Assembly (NCBI GenBank): GCA_021780225.1
Contig: JAJXZF010000040.1
Location: forward strand, 30,919-94,918
Direction: 5' to 3'
DNA: 64,000 nucleotides
Source: Deltaproteobacteria bacterium
GTDB taxonomy: Bacteria > Desulfobacterota > Binatia > Binatales > Binataceae
Below are positions 22,267-31,926 of this stretch, one piece after another (position 1 is the first letter of the stretch; each line of letters starts with the position of its first letter). The translations under genes were made by a program, and so were the position numbers. Under the pieces are notes generated by a model, which ran no database searches, was not told the DNA's origin, and worked only from the letters and a program-made list of their open reading frames with translations.

Positions 22267-23655
22267 CTACAGGATGTACCGCGAAAGATCTTCGTTCTTC
22301 ACGATCGGATCGAGCCGCTGATGCACATAGGCGTCATCGATCGAAATTTCGCGCCCCGCCATCTCCGGCGCGTCGAACGACAAATCCTCGAGCAGGCGTT
22401 CGAGCACGGTATGGAGCCGGCGGGCGCCAATATTCTCCGAACGGGCGTTGACCAGCGCGGCGATTTCGGCCAGCGCCGCGATCGCGTCCGCGGTGAAGTC
22501 GATGCGCACCTTTTCGGTCGCCAGCAGCGCCGTATATTGCCGGGTGAGCGCATTTTCAGGCTCGGTCAGGATGCGGATGAAATCGTCCCGGCTCAGCGCG
22601 TTGAGCTCGACGCGGATCGGAAAACGCCCCTGAAACTCCGGAATCAGGTCCGAAGGCTTGGAGGTGTGAAAGGCTCCGGACGCGACGAACAGAACATGAT
22701 CGGTGCGGACCACGCCATATTTCGTATTGACGGTCGAACCCTCGACGATCGGCAGCAGGTCGCGCTGCACGCCTTCGCGCGAAACGTCGGGGCCGTGCGA
22801 AGATTCGCGGCCGGCGATTTTGTCGATCTCGTCGATGAAGACGATGCCCGACTGCTCGGCGCGCACGATCGCCTCGCGCGTGACGTTATCCATGTCGACC
22901 AGCCGCGCGGCTTCCTCCTGCGCGAGAATTTCAAGCGCTTCCGGCACCTTCACTTTGCGCTTGCGGCTCTTGCGCGGCATCATCTGGCTGAGCAGGTCCT
23001 TCATGTTCGCGCCCATCTCCTCCATCCCCTGCGGAGTGAGCACTTCGAGCGCGGGCGCCGCCTGCTGCGTGACTTCGATTTCGACTTCGCGTTCGTTGAG
23101 ATAGCCGTCGCGCAACAGACGGCGCAGTTTTTCGCGCGTCTCGTTGTGCGAATCCGATTCGGCGACGTGCAGCGCGCCCGCGGAGTCAACCGTCGCGGGC
23201 TTGCGGGTTTTGCCGGGCGAAGCCGGGTAGAGGATATCGAGCAGGCGCTCCTCGGCGCCGTCGCGCGCTTTGGCGGCGACGCGCTCGCGCTCCTCCTCGC
23301 GAACCATCTTGATCGCGATTTCGACCAGGTCGCGAATCATCGACTCGACGTCGCGGCCGACGTATCCGACCTCGGTGTAGCGCGAGGCTTCGACTTTGAC
23401 GAACGGCGCCTGCGCGAGTTTCGCCAGCCGCCGGGCGATTTCGGTTTTGCCCACGCCGGTCGGACCAATCATCAGGATATTCTTCGGCGCGATTTCGTCG
23501 CGCAGGTCGGGCGCGACGTTCTGCCGGCGCCATCGATTCCTGAGCGCGATCGCGACCGCGCGCTTGGCGTCGTGCTGGCCGACGATATAACGGTCCAGCT
23601 CGGATACGATCTCGCGCGGCGTCATTACGTTCGGTGATCCCATCTCTCCAGTCAT
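22267..23655 (-). CDS. hslU: ATP-dependent protease ATPase subunit HslU
   Basis: Walker [16 protein letters not shown] and the HslU I-domain; 462 aa. Confidence 0.92.
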   Translation of the reverse strand: MTGEMGSPNVMTPREIVSELDRYIVGQHDAKRAVAIALRNRWRRQNVAPDLRDEIAPKNILMIGPTGVGKTEIARRLAKLAQAPFVKVEASRYTEVGYVGRDVESMIRDLVEIAIKMVREEERERVAAKARDGAEERLLDILYPASPGKTRKPATVDSAGALHVAESDSHNETREKLRRLLRDGYLNEREVEIEVTQQAAPALEVLTPQGMEEMGANMKDLLSQMMPRKSRKRKVKVPEALEILAQEEAARLVDMDNVTREAIVRAEQSGIVFIDEIDKIAGRESSHGPDVSREGVQRDLLPIVEGSTVNTKYGVVRTDHVLFVASGAFHTSKPSDLIPEFQGRFPIRVELNALSRDDFIRILTEPENALTRQYTALLATEKVRIDFTADAIAALAEIAALVNARSENIGARRLHTVLERLLEDLSFDAPEMAGREISIDDAYVHQRLDPIVKNEDLSRYIL

Positions 23656-23682
23656 GGCGCATCCGCGCGCACGCGGCCGCGT

Positions 23683-24252
23683 CTACAATTCCTCGATAAC
23701 AAATTGATCGTTGGTGTACACGCAAATCTCCGCCGCGACGCGCATCGCGCTCTCCGCGATCGCGCGCGCGTCGAGCGCGCCGCCGTGGCGGATCAGGGCG
23801 CGCGCCGCGGCCAGGGCGTAGTTGCCGCCCGATCCGATCGCGATCAATCCGTCGTCCGGCTCGATCACGTCGCCGGCGCCGGTGATTAACAGCGAGCTTT
23901 CCACATCGGCCACGATCAGCATCGCCTCCAGCCGGCGCAGAATTCGATCGGTCCGCCAGTCCTTGGCCAGTTCGACGGCCGCCCGCCTGAGATTGCCGTT
24001 GACCGACTGAAGTTTGCTTTCGAACTTGTCGAACAGCGTCAGCGCGTCGGCGGTCGAGCCGGCGAATCCGGCCAGCACGGCGTTGTTGTGCAGCCGGCGG
24101 ACCTTGCGCGCGCCGCGCTTCATGATCGTCTGGCCGACGCTGACCTGTCCGTCGCCCGCCATCACCAGCTTGCCGCCGTGGCGCACGCAGAGAATCGTGG
24201 TGGCGCGCACCCGAACATCGGGCGCTTCGGCCTCATGCGCGCGGATGGGCAC
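23683..24252 (-). CDS. hslV: ATP-dependent protease subunit HslV
   Basis: Ntn-hydrolase core [10 protein letters not shown]...GDGQVS. Confidence 0.88.
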   Translation of the reverse strand: MPIRAHEAEAPDVRVRATTILCVRHGGKLVMAGDGQVSVGQTIMKRGARKVRRLHNNAVLAGFAGSTADALTLFDKFESKLQSVNGNLRRAAVELAKDWRTDRILRRLEAMLIVADVESSLLITGAGDVIEPDDGLIAIGSGGNYALAAARALIRHGGALDARAIAESAMRVAAEICVYTNDQFVIEEL

Positions 24253-25168
24253 GGCGATAGACCTCCTGCAGATGTTTGACGCTGACGTGAGTATAGCGCT
24301 GGGTGGTGCTCAGGCTGGCGTGGCCCAGCATCTCCTGAATCGCACGCAGGTCGGCGCCCGCGTCGAGCAGGTGGGTGGCGAAACAATGGCGCAGGCCGTG
24401 CGGAGTGAGCGTGGAATCAAGACCGGCGTCGCGCAGGCGGCGCTCGACCAGCTTCTGCACCCAGCGCACGGACAATCGGCTTCCGCGCAAATTGGTGAAT
24501 ACGGGACGGTCCGGAGCCGCGGCGGCCGGCGCGGCGGCGCGCCACGCCCGGATTGCGTCGAGCGCGACCTCGCCGATCGGGACGACGCGATCTTTATTGC
24601 CCTTGCCGGCGCGCACCGTGACCATCCCGAGTTCTTCGTCGAGGTCGCGCCAGCATAATCCAACCAGCTCGCTGACGCGGAGTCCGGCCGAATAAAGCGC
24701 CTCCAGAATCGCGCGGTCGCGCGCCGCCGCCGCGCCCGCGACCGTCTCTGGCGCTTCGATCAGGCGCGCAACCTCCGCGGCCGGCATCACCTGCGGCAGG
24801 CGCCGGCCGACTTTGGGCGCGCGAATCGAACGGGCGGGATTATCGGCGCCGAGGTTTGTCTCTCGCCAGCGGAAATAAGCTTTGATTGCAAACAGGCGGC
24901 GCTGAGTGGTGGCGCGGCTTGCGTGCTTCATCGTTTCGGCAAGGTAGCCGCGGATATGATCGGCCGATATCAGCTCGGGCCGCGCGTCGCGCCGGTTTGC
25001 GTCGCATACGGACGGCGCGCGTTCCAGCAGGTGAAGGCGAAAATCCCGCAGGTCGCGCAGATAGCTTTTGACCGTGTTCGCCGCCGCCCGCGACGCCATC
25101 CCGAGCGCTTCGCCGAAGCGTTCGATTTCGCGTTCCATCGGCGCCGCCGCCTCGCCCGTGACCGTCAT
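24233..25168 (-). CDS. xerC: tyrosine recombinase XerC/XerD family (chromosome dimer resolution)
   Basis: 311 aa from ATG 25168. C-terminal catalytic R..HxxR..Y region ([39 protein letters not shown]). The xerC-hslVU linkage is conserved. Confidence 0.8.
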   Translation of the reverse strand: MTVTGEAAAPMEREIERFGEALGMASRAAANTVKSYLRDLRDFRLHLLERAPSVCDANRRDARPELISADHIRGYLAETMKHASRATTQRRLFAIKAYFRWRETNLGADNPARSIRAPKVGRRLPQVMPAAEVARLIEAPETVAGAAAARDRAILEALYSAGLRVSELVGLCWRDLDEELGMVTVRAGKGNKDRVVPIGEVALDAIRAWRAAAPAAAAPDRPVFTNLRGSRLSVRWVQKLVERRLRDAGLDSTLTPHGLRHCFATHLLDAGADLRAIQEMLGHASLSTTQRYTHVSVKHLQEVYRRAHPRA

Positions 25169-25233
25169 TCGGTTTATGCTATCAGCAGCTTCGGGCAGGC
25201 AAAAGGCGACGCCCGCCCCGAACCTGATCGGCG

Positions 25234-25521
25234 ATGAACTGTTTTCATTGCGGACGCGCGATCGCGGTGGATGAGCGGGTGGGCTTCCGCGATCGATGTC
25301 CCGGATGCGACCGGCCGCAGCACGCATGCCTCAACTGCACGCATCACGACTCCGCGTATCACAACCAGTGCCGGGAAACGCAGGCCGAGCTCGTGGCGGA
25401 CAAGGGCCGCGCGAATTTTTGCGAGTATTTCCGGCCGCACGCCGACGCGCCCGCGCGTGCCGCATCCAAAACGGACGACACGCGCGCGCGGCTCGATGCG
25501 CTCTTCAAAAAGAAACCTTGA
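25234..25521 (+). CDS. Cys-rich zinc-ribbon protein (95 aa), hypothetical
   Basis: Paired CxxC motifs (CFHCG, CPGC, CLNC). High GC3. Its stop lies 4 nt before the glmU ATG. Confidence 0.5.
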   Translation: MNCFHCGRAIAVDERVGFRDRCPGCDRPQHACLNCTHHDSAYHNQCRETQAELVADKGRANFCEYFRPHADAPARAASKTDDTRARLDALFKKKP

Positions 25522-25525
25522 TGCG

Positions 25526-26962
25526 ATGGAACGCCAGTTAGCCGCCGTCGTGCTGGCCGCGGGATTGGGAACGCGGATGCGCTCGGAGCGCGCGAAAGTG
25601 CTGCACGAGATCGCCGGCCGCGCGATTCTCGCGCGGGCGCTTGAACCGATCGCGAAGCTTAAGCCGGAGCCCATCGTGCTCGTGGTCGGCCATCAGGCCG
25701 AGGCCGTCGCAACCACGGCGCGCGTGGCGGCGCCGGACGCCGTGATCCGCTGCGCGCGGCAGGCCGAACAGCGCGGCACCGGCGACGCGGCGCGCGCCGC
25801 GCTCGGCGCGATCGATCGCGAATTCGCGGGCGAGATTCTGATCGGCTACGGCGATACTCCGTTGATCCGGACGGAAACGCTGCGCGAATTCGTCCGCGCC
25901 CATCGCGCGGGCGGCGCGGAGCTTTCGTTCATCAGCGCCGAGATGGATGAACCCGGAGCGTACGGCCGGGTGGCGCGCGACGAAACCGGAGCCGTCGCCG
26001 CGATCGTCGAGGCGCGCGACGCGACGCCGGCACTGCTCGCTATTAACGAAATCAATACCGGCGTGTATCTGTCGGAAGCGCGCTTGCTGCGCGCGGCGGT
26101 CGCGGAATTACGCGCCGACAATGCTCAACACGAGTATTATTTGACCGACATCGTCGCGATCGCGCGCCGCCGCGGCTGCCGCGTCAACGCCTGGCGCGCG
26201 CCGGACGCGGCGGAATTCGCAGGCGTCAATTCGCGCGAGGAGATGGCCCGCATGGAAGAGTCGCTTCGCCACGACGTGAACCGCCGCCTGATGGCCGCGG
26301 GAGTTACGCTGATCGATCCGGCGACCGCATATATCGCGCCGGAAGCGGAAATCGGCCGCGACACGATTATCGGCCCCAACGTGCGGATTCTGGGACGTTC
26401 GCGTATCGGGGCGGGCGTGGTGATCGAGGGCACGGCCTGGCTCGACGGCGTGATCGTCGGCGACCGGTCGCATCTCAAGATCTGCGTCCGCGCCGAGCAT
26501 TGCGAAATCGGTCCGGATTGCGAAATCGGTCCGTTCGCGAATCTTCGTGAAGGCACGGAACTGGAGGGCCGCAACCGGATCGGGAATTTCGTCGAAACCA
26601 AAAAGGCGCGCATCGGAAGCGGCACCAAGGCGAGCCATCTGAGCTACCTCGGCGACGCGATTATCGGGCGCGAAACCAATATCGGATGCGGCGTGATTAC
26701 GGTCAATTACGACGGCTACGACAAGCACGTCACGAGGATCGGCGATCGCTGCATGGTCGGATGCGATACGCAACTGGTCGCGCCGGTAACCGTCGGCGAC
26801 GACGTGTACGTCGCGTCGGGCACAACGATCTTGCGCGACGTCGAACCGGGCGCGCTCGCCGTCTCGCATCATCCGCAACGTGAAAAATCCGGATGGACCG
26901 CAGGCTGGCGCGCGCGCCACGCCGGCCATCCGAAGGCGCCCAAGCATGGCGCTGGCGAATGA
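25526..26962 (+). CDS. glmU: bifunctional UDP-N-acetylglucosamine pyrophosphorylase / glucosamine-1-phosphate N-acetyltransferase
   Basis: Start ATG 25526 (MERQLAAVVLAAGLGTRM). N-terminal nucleotidyltransferase domain plus a C-terminal left-handed beta-helix of hexapeptide repeats. Confidence 0.9.
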   Translation: MERQLAAVVLAAGLGTRMRSERAKVLHEIAGRAILARALEPIAKLKPEPIVLVVGHQAEAVATTARVAAPDAVIRCARQAEQRGTGDAARAALGAIDREFAGEILIGYGDTPLIRTETLREFVRAHRAGGAELSFISAEMDEPGAYGRVARDETGAVAAIVEARDATPALLAINEINTGVYLSEARLLRAAVAELRADNAQHEYYLTDIVAIARRRGCRVNAWRAPDAAEFAGVNSREEMARMEESLRHDVNRRLMAAGVTLIDPATAYIAPEAEIGRDTIIGPNVRILGRSRIGAGVVIEGTAWLDGVIVGDRSHLKICVRAEHCEIGPDCEIGPFANLREGTELEGRNRIGNFVETKKARIGSGTKASHLSYLGDAIIGRETNIGCGVITVNYDGYDKHVTRIGDRCMVGCDTQLVAPVTVGDDVYVASGTTILRDVEPGALAVSHHPQREKSGWTAGWRARHAGHPKAPKHGAGE

Positions 26963-27013
26963 TCGGCCGCGCCGGCAGATTCGAGGCGAACGGTGGATTA
27001 AAATAGAGCCGTC

Positions 27014-28846
27014 ATGTGCGGAATTATTGGATACGTCGGTTCGCGCGACGCCGCGCCGATTCTGATCGGCGCCCTGCGGCGGCTCGAATATCGCGGTTAT
27101 GATTCCGCCGGAGTCGCCGCGCTCGACGGCGGCGCCCGGCTGGAAATCCGCCGCGCGGTCGGCAAGCTCGACAATCTGTGCGCCGCGCTGGAGCGCGCTC
27201 CCGTGCCCGGCCATATCGGGATCGGCCATACGCGATGGGCCACGCACGGCCGCCCGTCCGAAGAGAACGCGCATCCGCACAAGGCCGGGCCGGTCGCGGT
27301 CATCCACAACGGCATTATCGAGAACTACGTGGAGTTGCGCGCGGCATTGCTCGCGCGCGGCCACAAACTCAGATCGGAGACTGACACCGAACTGATTTCC
27401 CATCTGATCGAGGAGCGGCTCAAAGCCGGCGACGATTTGACCGCGGCCGTGCGCGCGGCCGTGCGCGAGCTCAAAGGATCGTTCTCGATTGTGGCGCTCG
27501 CGGAAAACGATCCCGGCCGGCTGGTCGCCGCCAAGACCGCGACGCCGCTGGTGCTGGGCTTCGGCGACGGTGAAAATTTCGTCGCTTCGGATATTCCCGC
27601 GCTGCTCGAACACACCCGGCGCGCGCTCGTGATGGAGGACGGCGAGCTTGCCGAAATCTCCGCCGGCGGAATCCGCCTGACCACTTTTGACGGCGCGCCG
27701 ATCGTGCGCGCGCCGCGGCTCGTCGAATGGGACGCCGTCGCCGCGACCAAGGGCGGCTATCGGCACTATCTGCGCAAGGAAATCAGCGAACAGCCGCAGG
27801 CCTGGATCGATACCCTGAGCGGACGCGCCGGCGCCGGAGCGGCGGAGGTGAACTTCGAGACGCCGATTCTGCCGCCGGCCGGCCCCGAAACGATCCGGCG
27901 CATCGTGATGGTCTCGGCGGGCGCGTCGTGGATTTCCTCGCTGATCGGCAAATTCATGATCGAAGAGCTGACCGGCATCCCGGCGGAGGTCGATTATTCG
28001 GCCGAATTCCGCTATCGCCGGCCGGCGATCGACGAGCGCAGTCTGATCGTCGCGGTTTCGCAGTCCGGCGAGACCGCCGACACCCTGGCCGCGATGGAAG
28101 AAGGACGCCGCCGCGGCTCCTGGCTGGTCGCGCTGACCAACACCGTCGATTCGTCGATCGCGCGCAAGGCCGACGCCCGGCTCTACACGCGCTGCGGCCC
28201 CGAAATCAGCGTCACCACGACCAAGTGTTTCCTGACCCAAATCGAGGCTTTCTACCTCTTCGCGATTCATCTGGCGCGGGCGCTCGGCCGCATCGATGCG
28301 CGCGAGGCCGAGGAGTTGCTGCGGCCCGCGTTCGCGATTCCGCAGCAAATCGAGATGGCGATTTCGCACGAGCGGCAAATCGAGAAGATCGCGCGCAAGT
28401 ACGGCAAGGCGCGCGACTTTCTCTATCTCGGCCGCGGCGTCAACTATCCCGTCGCGCTCGAAGGCGCGCTCAAGTTGAAGGAAATTTCCTATATCCACGC
28501 CGAGGGCTATTCGGCCGGCGAAATGAAACACGGGCCGATCGCGCTGATCGACGAAGAGATGCCGGTCGTAGTGATTATTCCGAACGACAACGTTTTCGAT
28601 AAAACGCTGTCGAACCTCAAAGAAGTCGAATCGCGCAACGGCCGGATCATCGCCGTCACCGATCGGCGCACGCCCGAACTCGAAGAAGTCGCATGGGAAA
28701 TTATCGACGTTCCGGCGACGAACCGCTTCCTGATGCCGGCGTTGACCACCGTGCCTTTGCAACTGCTCGCCTATCATATCGCGGTCTATCGCGGCGCCGA
28801 CGTCGATCAGCCGCGCAATCTCGCCAAATCCGTCACCGTCGAATAG
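27014..28846 (+). CDS. glmS: glutamine--fructose-6-phosphate aminotransferase
   Basis: MCGIIGY N-terminal nucleophile Cys and two SIS domains; 610 aa. Confidence 0.92.
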   Translation: MCGIIGYVGSRDAAPILIGALRRLEYRGYDSAGVAALDGGARLEIRRAVGKLDNLCAALERAPVPGHIGIGHTRWATHGRPSEENAHPHKAGPVAVIHNGIIENYVELRAALLARGHKLRSETDTELISHLIEERLKAGDDLTAAVRAAVRELKGSFSIVALAENDPGRLVAAKTATPLVLGFGDGENFVASDIPALLEHTRRALVMEDGELAEISAGGIRLTTFDGAPIVRAPRLVEWDAVAATKGGYRHYLRKEISEQPQAWIDTLSGRAGAGAAEVNFETPILPPAGPETIRRIVMVSAGASWISSLIGKFMIEELTGIPAEVDYSAEFRYRRPAIDERSLIVAVSQSGETADTLAAMEEGRRRGSWLVALTNTVDSSIARKADARLYTRCGPEISVTTTKCFLTQIEAFYLFAIHLARALGRIDAREAEELLRPAFAIPQQIEMAISHERQIEKIARKYGKARDFLYLGRGVNYPVALEGALKLKEISYIHAEGYSAGEMKHGPIALIDEEMPVVVIIPNDNVFDKTLSNLKEVESRNGRIIAVTDRRTPELEEVAWEIIDVPATNRFLMPALTTVPLQLLAYHIAVYRGADVDQPRNLAKSVTVE

Positions 28847-28962
28847 TCCCGCCGTGCGCGCGGCTTTGACGGCGGCGACGAAATCGGCGTAAATCGCGGG
28901 AACCCAGGTCCGCGGCCGCGGCGTCCGCCCGGCCGCCCGATGCGCGCTGAAGGAGTTGGCCC

Positions 28963-30147
28963 ATGCCCGAAAATCCGCCGCTTGCCGGAATCAAGGTCGT
29001 CGATTTCACCCGCTACCTCGCCGGGCCCTTCTGCACGCAGATTCTCGGCGATTACGGCGCCGATATTTTCAAAATCGAGCCGGTCGAAGGCGCGCGCGGC
29101 GAGATGGGCGACTACAGCGGCAAAGATACCTATTTCTTCCTGAGCGCCAACCGCTCGAAAAAAAGCGTGCAGGTTTCGACCAAGACTCCCGAGGGGCGCG
29201 CGGTGTTGCAGCGGATGCTCGATAGCGCCGACGTCGTGATCGACAATTTCCGCCCCGGCGTGATGGAGGCGCTCGGTTTCGGCTACGCGACGCTCGCCGC
29301 GCGCAATCCGCGGATTATCGCGTGTTCAATCTCAGGATTCGGCGCCAGCGGGCCGATGCGCGACTATCCCGGCTTCGACCAGATCGCGCAGGGTTTTTCG
29401 GGCCTGATGAGCGTGACGGGCACGCAGGAAAGCGGACCGATGCGCGTCGGCATCGCGATTTGCGATTTGCTGGGCGGCATCTTCGCCGCGCAGGGAATTT
29501 TGCTCGCCCTTGAGGCTCGCCATCGCACCGGCCGCGGCCAGAAGGTCGAAACCTCGCTGCTTGAAGCGATCGCCAGCATCCTGAGCTGGTCCGCCGGCAT
29601 CTATTTCGACACCGGCAAAACGCCCGGACCCGCCGGCAACCATCATCCGCTCTCTTCGCCGCACGGCGTCCACATGGCCGCGGACCGGCCTTTCAATATC
29701 GCGTGCGGGAACGAAGCGATGTGGCGCACGTTCGTCAAGACGATCGGCCGGCCCGAACTCGCCGCCGACCCGCGCTTCGACAAGCTCGGCCATCGGATCA
29801 AGAACCGCGCCGCGCTCACCGCCGAAATCAACGCGGCGCTCAAGGACCATCCGGCGCAATACTGGATCGATCGTTTCAACGAAGCGGGCATTCCCTCCGG
29901 CCCGATTCTGACGATCGAGGAGATGTTCAACCATCCGCAGGCCGCGGCGCGCGAGCTGATGCTGCGGATGGCCCATCCGGCGCACGGCGAAATCAAGACC
30001 GCGGGCCTTGCGGTCAAGCTGGGCGAAACGCCCGGCCGGCCGTCGCGCCCGCCGCTGGTCGGCGAGCATACGGCGGACGCGCTCGCGGCGCTCGGCTACA
30101 CGCCCGAGGAGCTCGACCATCTGCGCAAAATCAAAGCCATCCGCTGA
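28963..30147 (+). CDS. CoA-transferase family III (CaiB/BaiF-like)
   Basis: 394 aa. The N-terminal GIKVVDFTRYLAGPFCTQILGDYGADIFKIE block is diagnostic of the family. Confidence 0.85.
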   Translation: MPENPPLAGIKVVDFTRYLAGPFCTQILGDYGADIFKIEPVEGARGEMGDYSGKDTYFFLSANRSKKSVQVSTKTPEGRAVLQRMLDSADVVIDNFRPGVMEALGFGYATLAARNPRIIACSISGFGASGPMRDYPGFDQIAQGFSGLMSVTGTQESGPMRVGIAICDLLGGIFAAQGILLALEARHRTGRGQKVETSLLEAIASILSWSAGIYFDTGKTPGPAGNHHPLSSPHGVHMAADRPFNIACGNEAMWRTFVKTIGRPELAADPRFDKLGHRIKNRAALTAEINAALKDHPAQYWIDRFNEAGIPSGPILTIEEMFNHPQAAARELMLRMAHPAHGEIKTAGLAVKLGETPGRPSRPPLVGEHTADALAALGYTPEELDHLRKIKAIR

Positions 30148-30191
30148 AGCCGCAAAGATTTTTGTGATGGGATTTTTCGCTCCGGGAACTT

Positions 30192-30260
30192 GCGCTCAGA
30201 ATGACCGTGAAGTTGCGGTTCAGGTTGTCATTCTGAGCGCAGCGAAGAATCCATCTTCTC
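30192..30260. repeat. REP/MITE-like palindromic unit (14-bp perfect inverted repeat plus a second short hairpin)
   Basis: GCGCTCAGAATGAC (30192-30205) and GTCATTCTGAGCGC (30227-30240) around a 21-nt spacer, followed by GAAGAATCCATCTTC. Sits 45 nt downstream of the CoA-transferase stop with no U-tract. Confidence 0.5.
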
Positions 30261-30371
30261 AGCTTTTCGCTCCAAAATGTCCGGAATACGCGGGTGCGCT
30301 TTCAAATTCCTTGACGTTCGATTTGCTCCGCGCCAACGATCGATCAGGGTCCGCAACGAAAGGAATCCGCG

Positions 30372-30545
30372 ATGCCAACCCTGGAAATGACCGCCGAGGA
30401 AGCGGAGGAACTGCGCTTCGTGCTGGAGAACTATTTCGCCGAACTGCGGATGGAGATCGAGCGCACCGAAAGCGGCGCCTTCCGCGCCAAGCTCAAGGAC
30501 CGCGAAAATCTGATCAAGCGCATGCTCGACGACCTCTCGAAATAA
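30372..30545 (+). CDS. small highly charged helical protein (57 aa), hypothetical; absent from the ORF track
   Basis: The ATG is preceded by AAAGGAA. Pronounced GC third-position bias. Sequence MPTLEMTAEEAEELRFVLENYFAELRMEIERTESGAFRAKLKDRENLIKRMLDDLSK. The antisense 126-aa track ORF is rejected. Confidence 0.45.
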   Translation: MPTLEMTAEEAEELRFVLENYFAELRMEIERTESGAFRAKLKDRENLIKRMLDDLSK

Positions 30546-30617
30546 TCGCTGAACCGGCGCTCGCTTGGGTTCGGCATTACGTGCAAAATCATACCCTACG
30601 GTACTCAAGGGTTGCGC

Positions 30618-31112
30618 CTATGAATCGTCTCTGTAGACGGCGTATCCATTCTTCTGCGCCCAATCCTCAGAGAACCCCACGTGCGAAATGGCGTTTCTAC
30701 TCGCGTCCAATTGGCGTTTCGCTTCCTTGACCACGATTTCAGGCTGCAATTTGTAAATTACCTTGCACTTCATTTGATCGCTCGCATAGAATACCGCGAA
30801 ATAAATATAACGATTTCGCGTGATGCGATTGAGCGACTCGTTACGTTTGTTTGTGGGCTCTTTAAACATCCGATCAAGTTGGCCTGTTCCGCCTTCCTTG
30901 CACGAAAGATATTCGTATTTCTCTTCCGGGTTATCCAAGGCATGCGCATCGGCATCACGTTTTGAGTGAATGAGCTCGTGCCCAAGGATATCAGCAATAA
31001 TCATTTCTTTCACTAACCCGGGTTGGAGCAGATTCTCAATACCAATCGACCGTGCAATCTTTGCCGCCCTAATCACAAGATCAATGATCTTGCGGTAAAT
31101 ATCGCGCGCCAT
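30618..31112 (-). CDS. putative type II restriction endonuclease, PvuII-like
   Basis: 164 aa. The segment KRDADAHALDNPEEKYEYLSCK resembles the R.PvuII catalytic segment (GNDAVDNAGQEYELK). Its start overlaps the MTase stop. Confidence 0.45.
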   Translation of the reverse strand: MARDIYRKIIDLVIRAAKIARSIGIENLLQPGLVKEMIIADILGHELIHSKRDADAHALDNPEEKYEYLSCKEGGTGQLDRMFKEPTNKRNESLNRITRNRYIYFAVFYASDQMKCKVIYKLQPEIVVKEAKRQLDASRNAISHVGFSEDWAQKNGYAVYRDDS

Positions 31113-31113
31113 G

Positions 31114-31926
31114 TCAGAATAGCCTTGCGGCTAGATCGTTATTTACTTTCTTCAACCGACTATTTACGGTCGCGGCGAATTCACGATTCCATTCAAATGC
31201 GATGAAGTGTCTGTTGAGCTCTCTGCAAACAGCAGGACAGGTTCCAACACCAGCGAACGGATCTAGAACAAGATCACCTTCGATCGAACTCGCTTGGAGA
31301 AGCCTGTCGATGAGTTTAGCTGGTTTTTGGATCGTGTTGAGAAATTCCCTACTAACAAGCTCTTTTGATCTATACGTGAGTTGTTTGATATCGCCCCATA
31401 CGTCCCCTGGATTCTTGCCTTCGTGGTGAAATTTCGTTCTACCAAATTTCCCATTCAAGACAGAGGGAACTCTCTCGCATCGGAGGCGATGTTCCAACTC
31501 CACAAGTTGTGGAACTCGGATCGCATCCAGATTAAAGACTCTAGGCTTGTCACCCTTAATAAAATAACAGATGATATCATAATTATTTGTGTAATTAATT
31601 CTGCCTTGAGCGAGCCTGCTTGGCTGATACCAGACGATCTTGGACCGGAGGTTCAGATAGGGTCGATAATCTATGAAATCGATACAGTCCGGCTTCCCAA
31701 AAAGATATAGTGCTCCTCCTTCTTTCAATTTCCGCGCAAAAATCTGGATTAATTCGAGATTGAACTCCTGAATACTCGGAATCCGATCCCACCTATTGGC
31801 CGTCACACCATACGGACCGTCGCAAATAACCAGATCAACCGTTCCGTCTTCAATCTTTGGGAACATCTCGAAGGCGTCAGCACAGTAGATGCGGTCAATT
31901 TCTAGCATTGCTCGAACACTTCCCAC
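31114..31926 (-). CDS. DNA methyltransferase, beta-class (N4-cytosine or N6-adenine)
   Basis: Motif IV-like LVICDGPYG near the N-terminus and motif I LDPFAGVGT near the C-terminus (beta permutation); 270 aa. Confidence 0.8.
   Translation of the reverse strand: MGSVRAMLEIDRIYCADAFEMFPKIEDGTVDLVICDGPYGVTANRWDRIPSIQEFNLELIQIFARKLKEGGALYLFGKPDCIDFIDYRPYLNLRSKIVWYQPSRLAQGRINYTNNYDIICYFIKGDKPRVFNLDAIRVPQLVELEHRLRCERVPSVLNGKFGRTKFHHEGKNPGDVWGDIKQLTYRSKELVSREFLNTIQKPAKLIDRLLQASSIEGDLVLDPFAGVGTCPAVCRELNRHFIAFEWNREFAATVNSRLKKVNNDLAARLF

Noticed and set aside
24233-25168. The tyrosine recombinase as a marker of an integrated mobile element
   Set aside because: It is directly upstream of hslV-hslU in the conserved xerC-hslVU arrangement. 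The flanking genes have native GC and no att-like repeats. It is a chromosomal dimer-resolution XerC/D.
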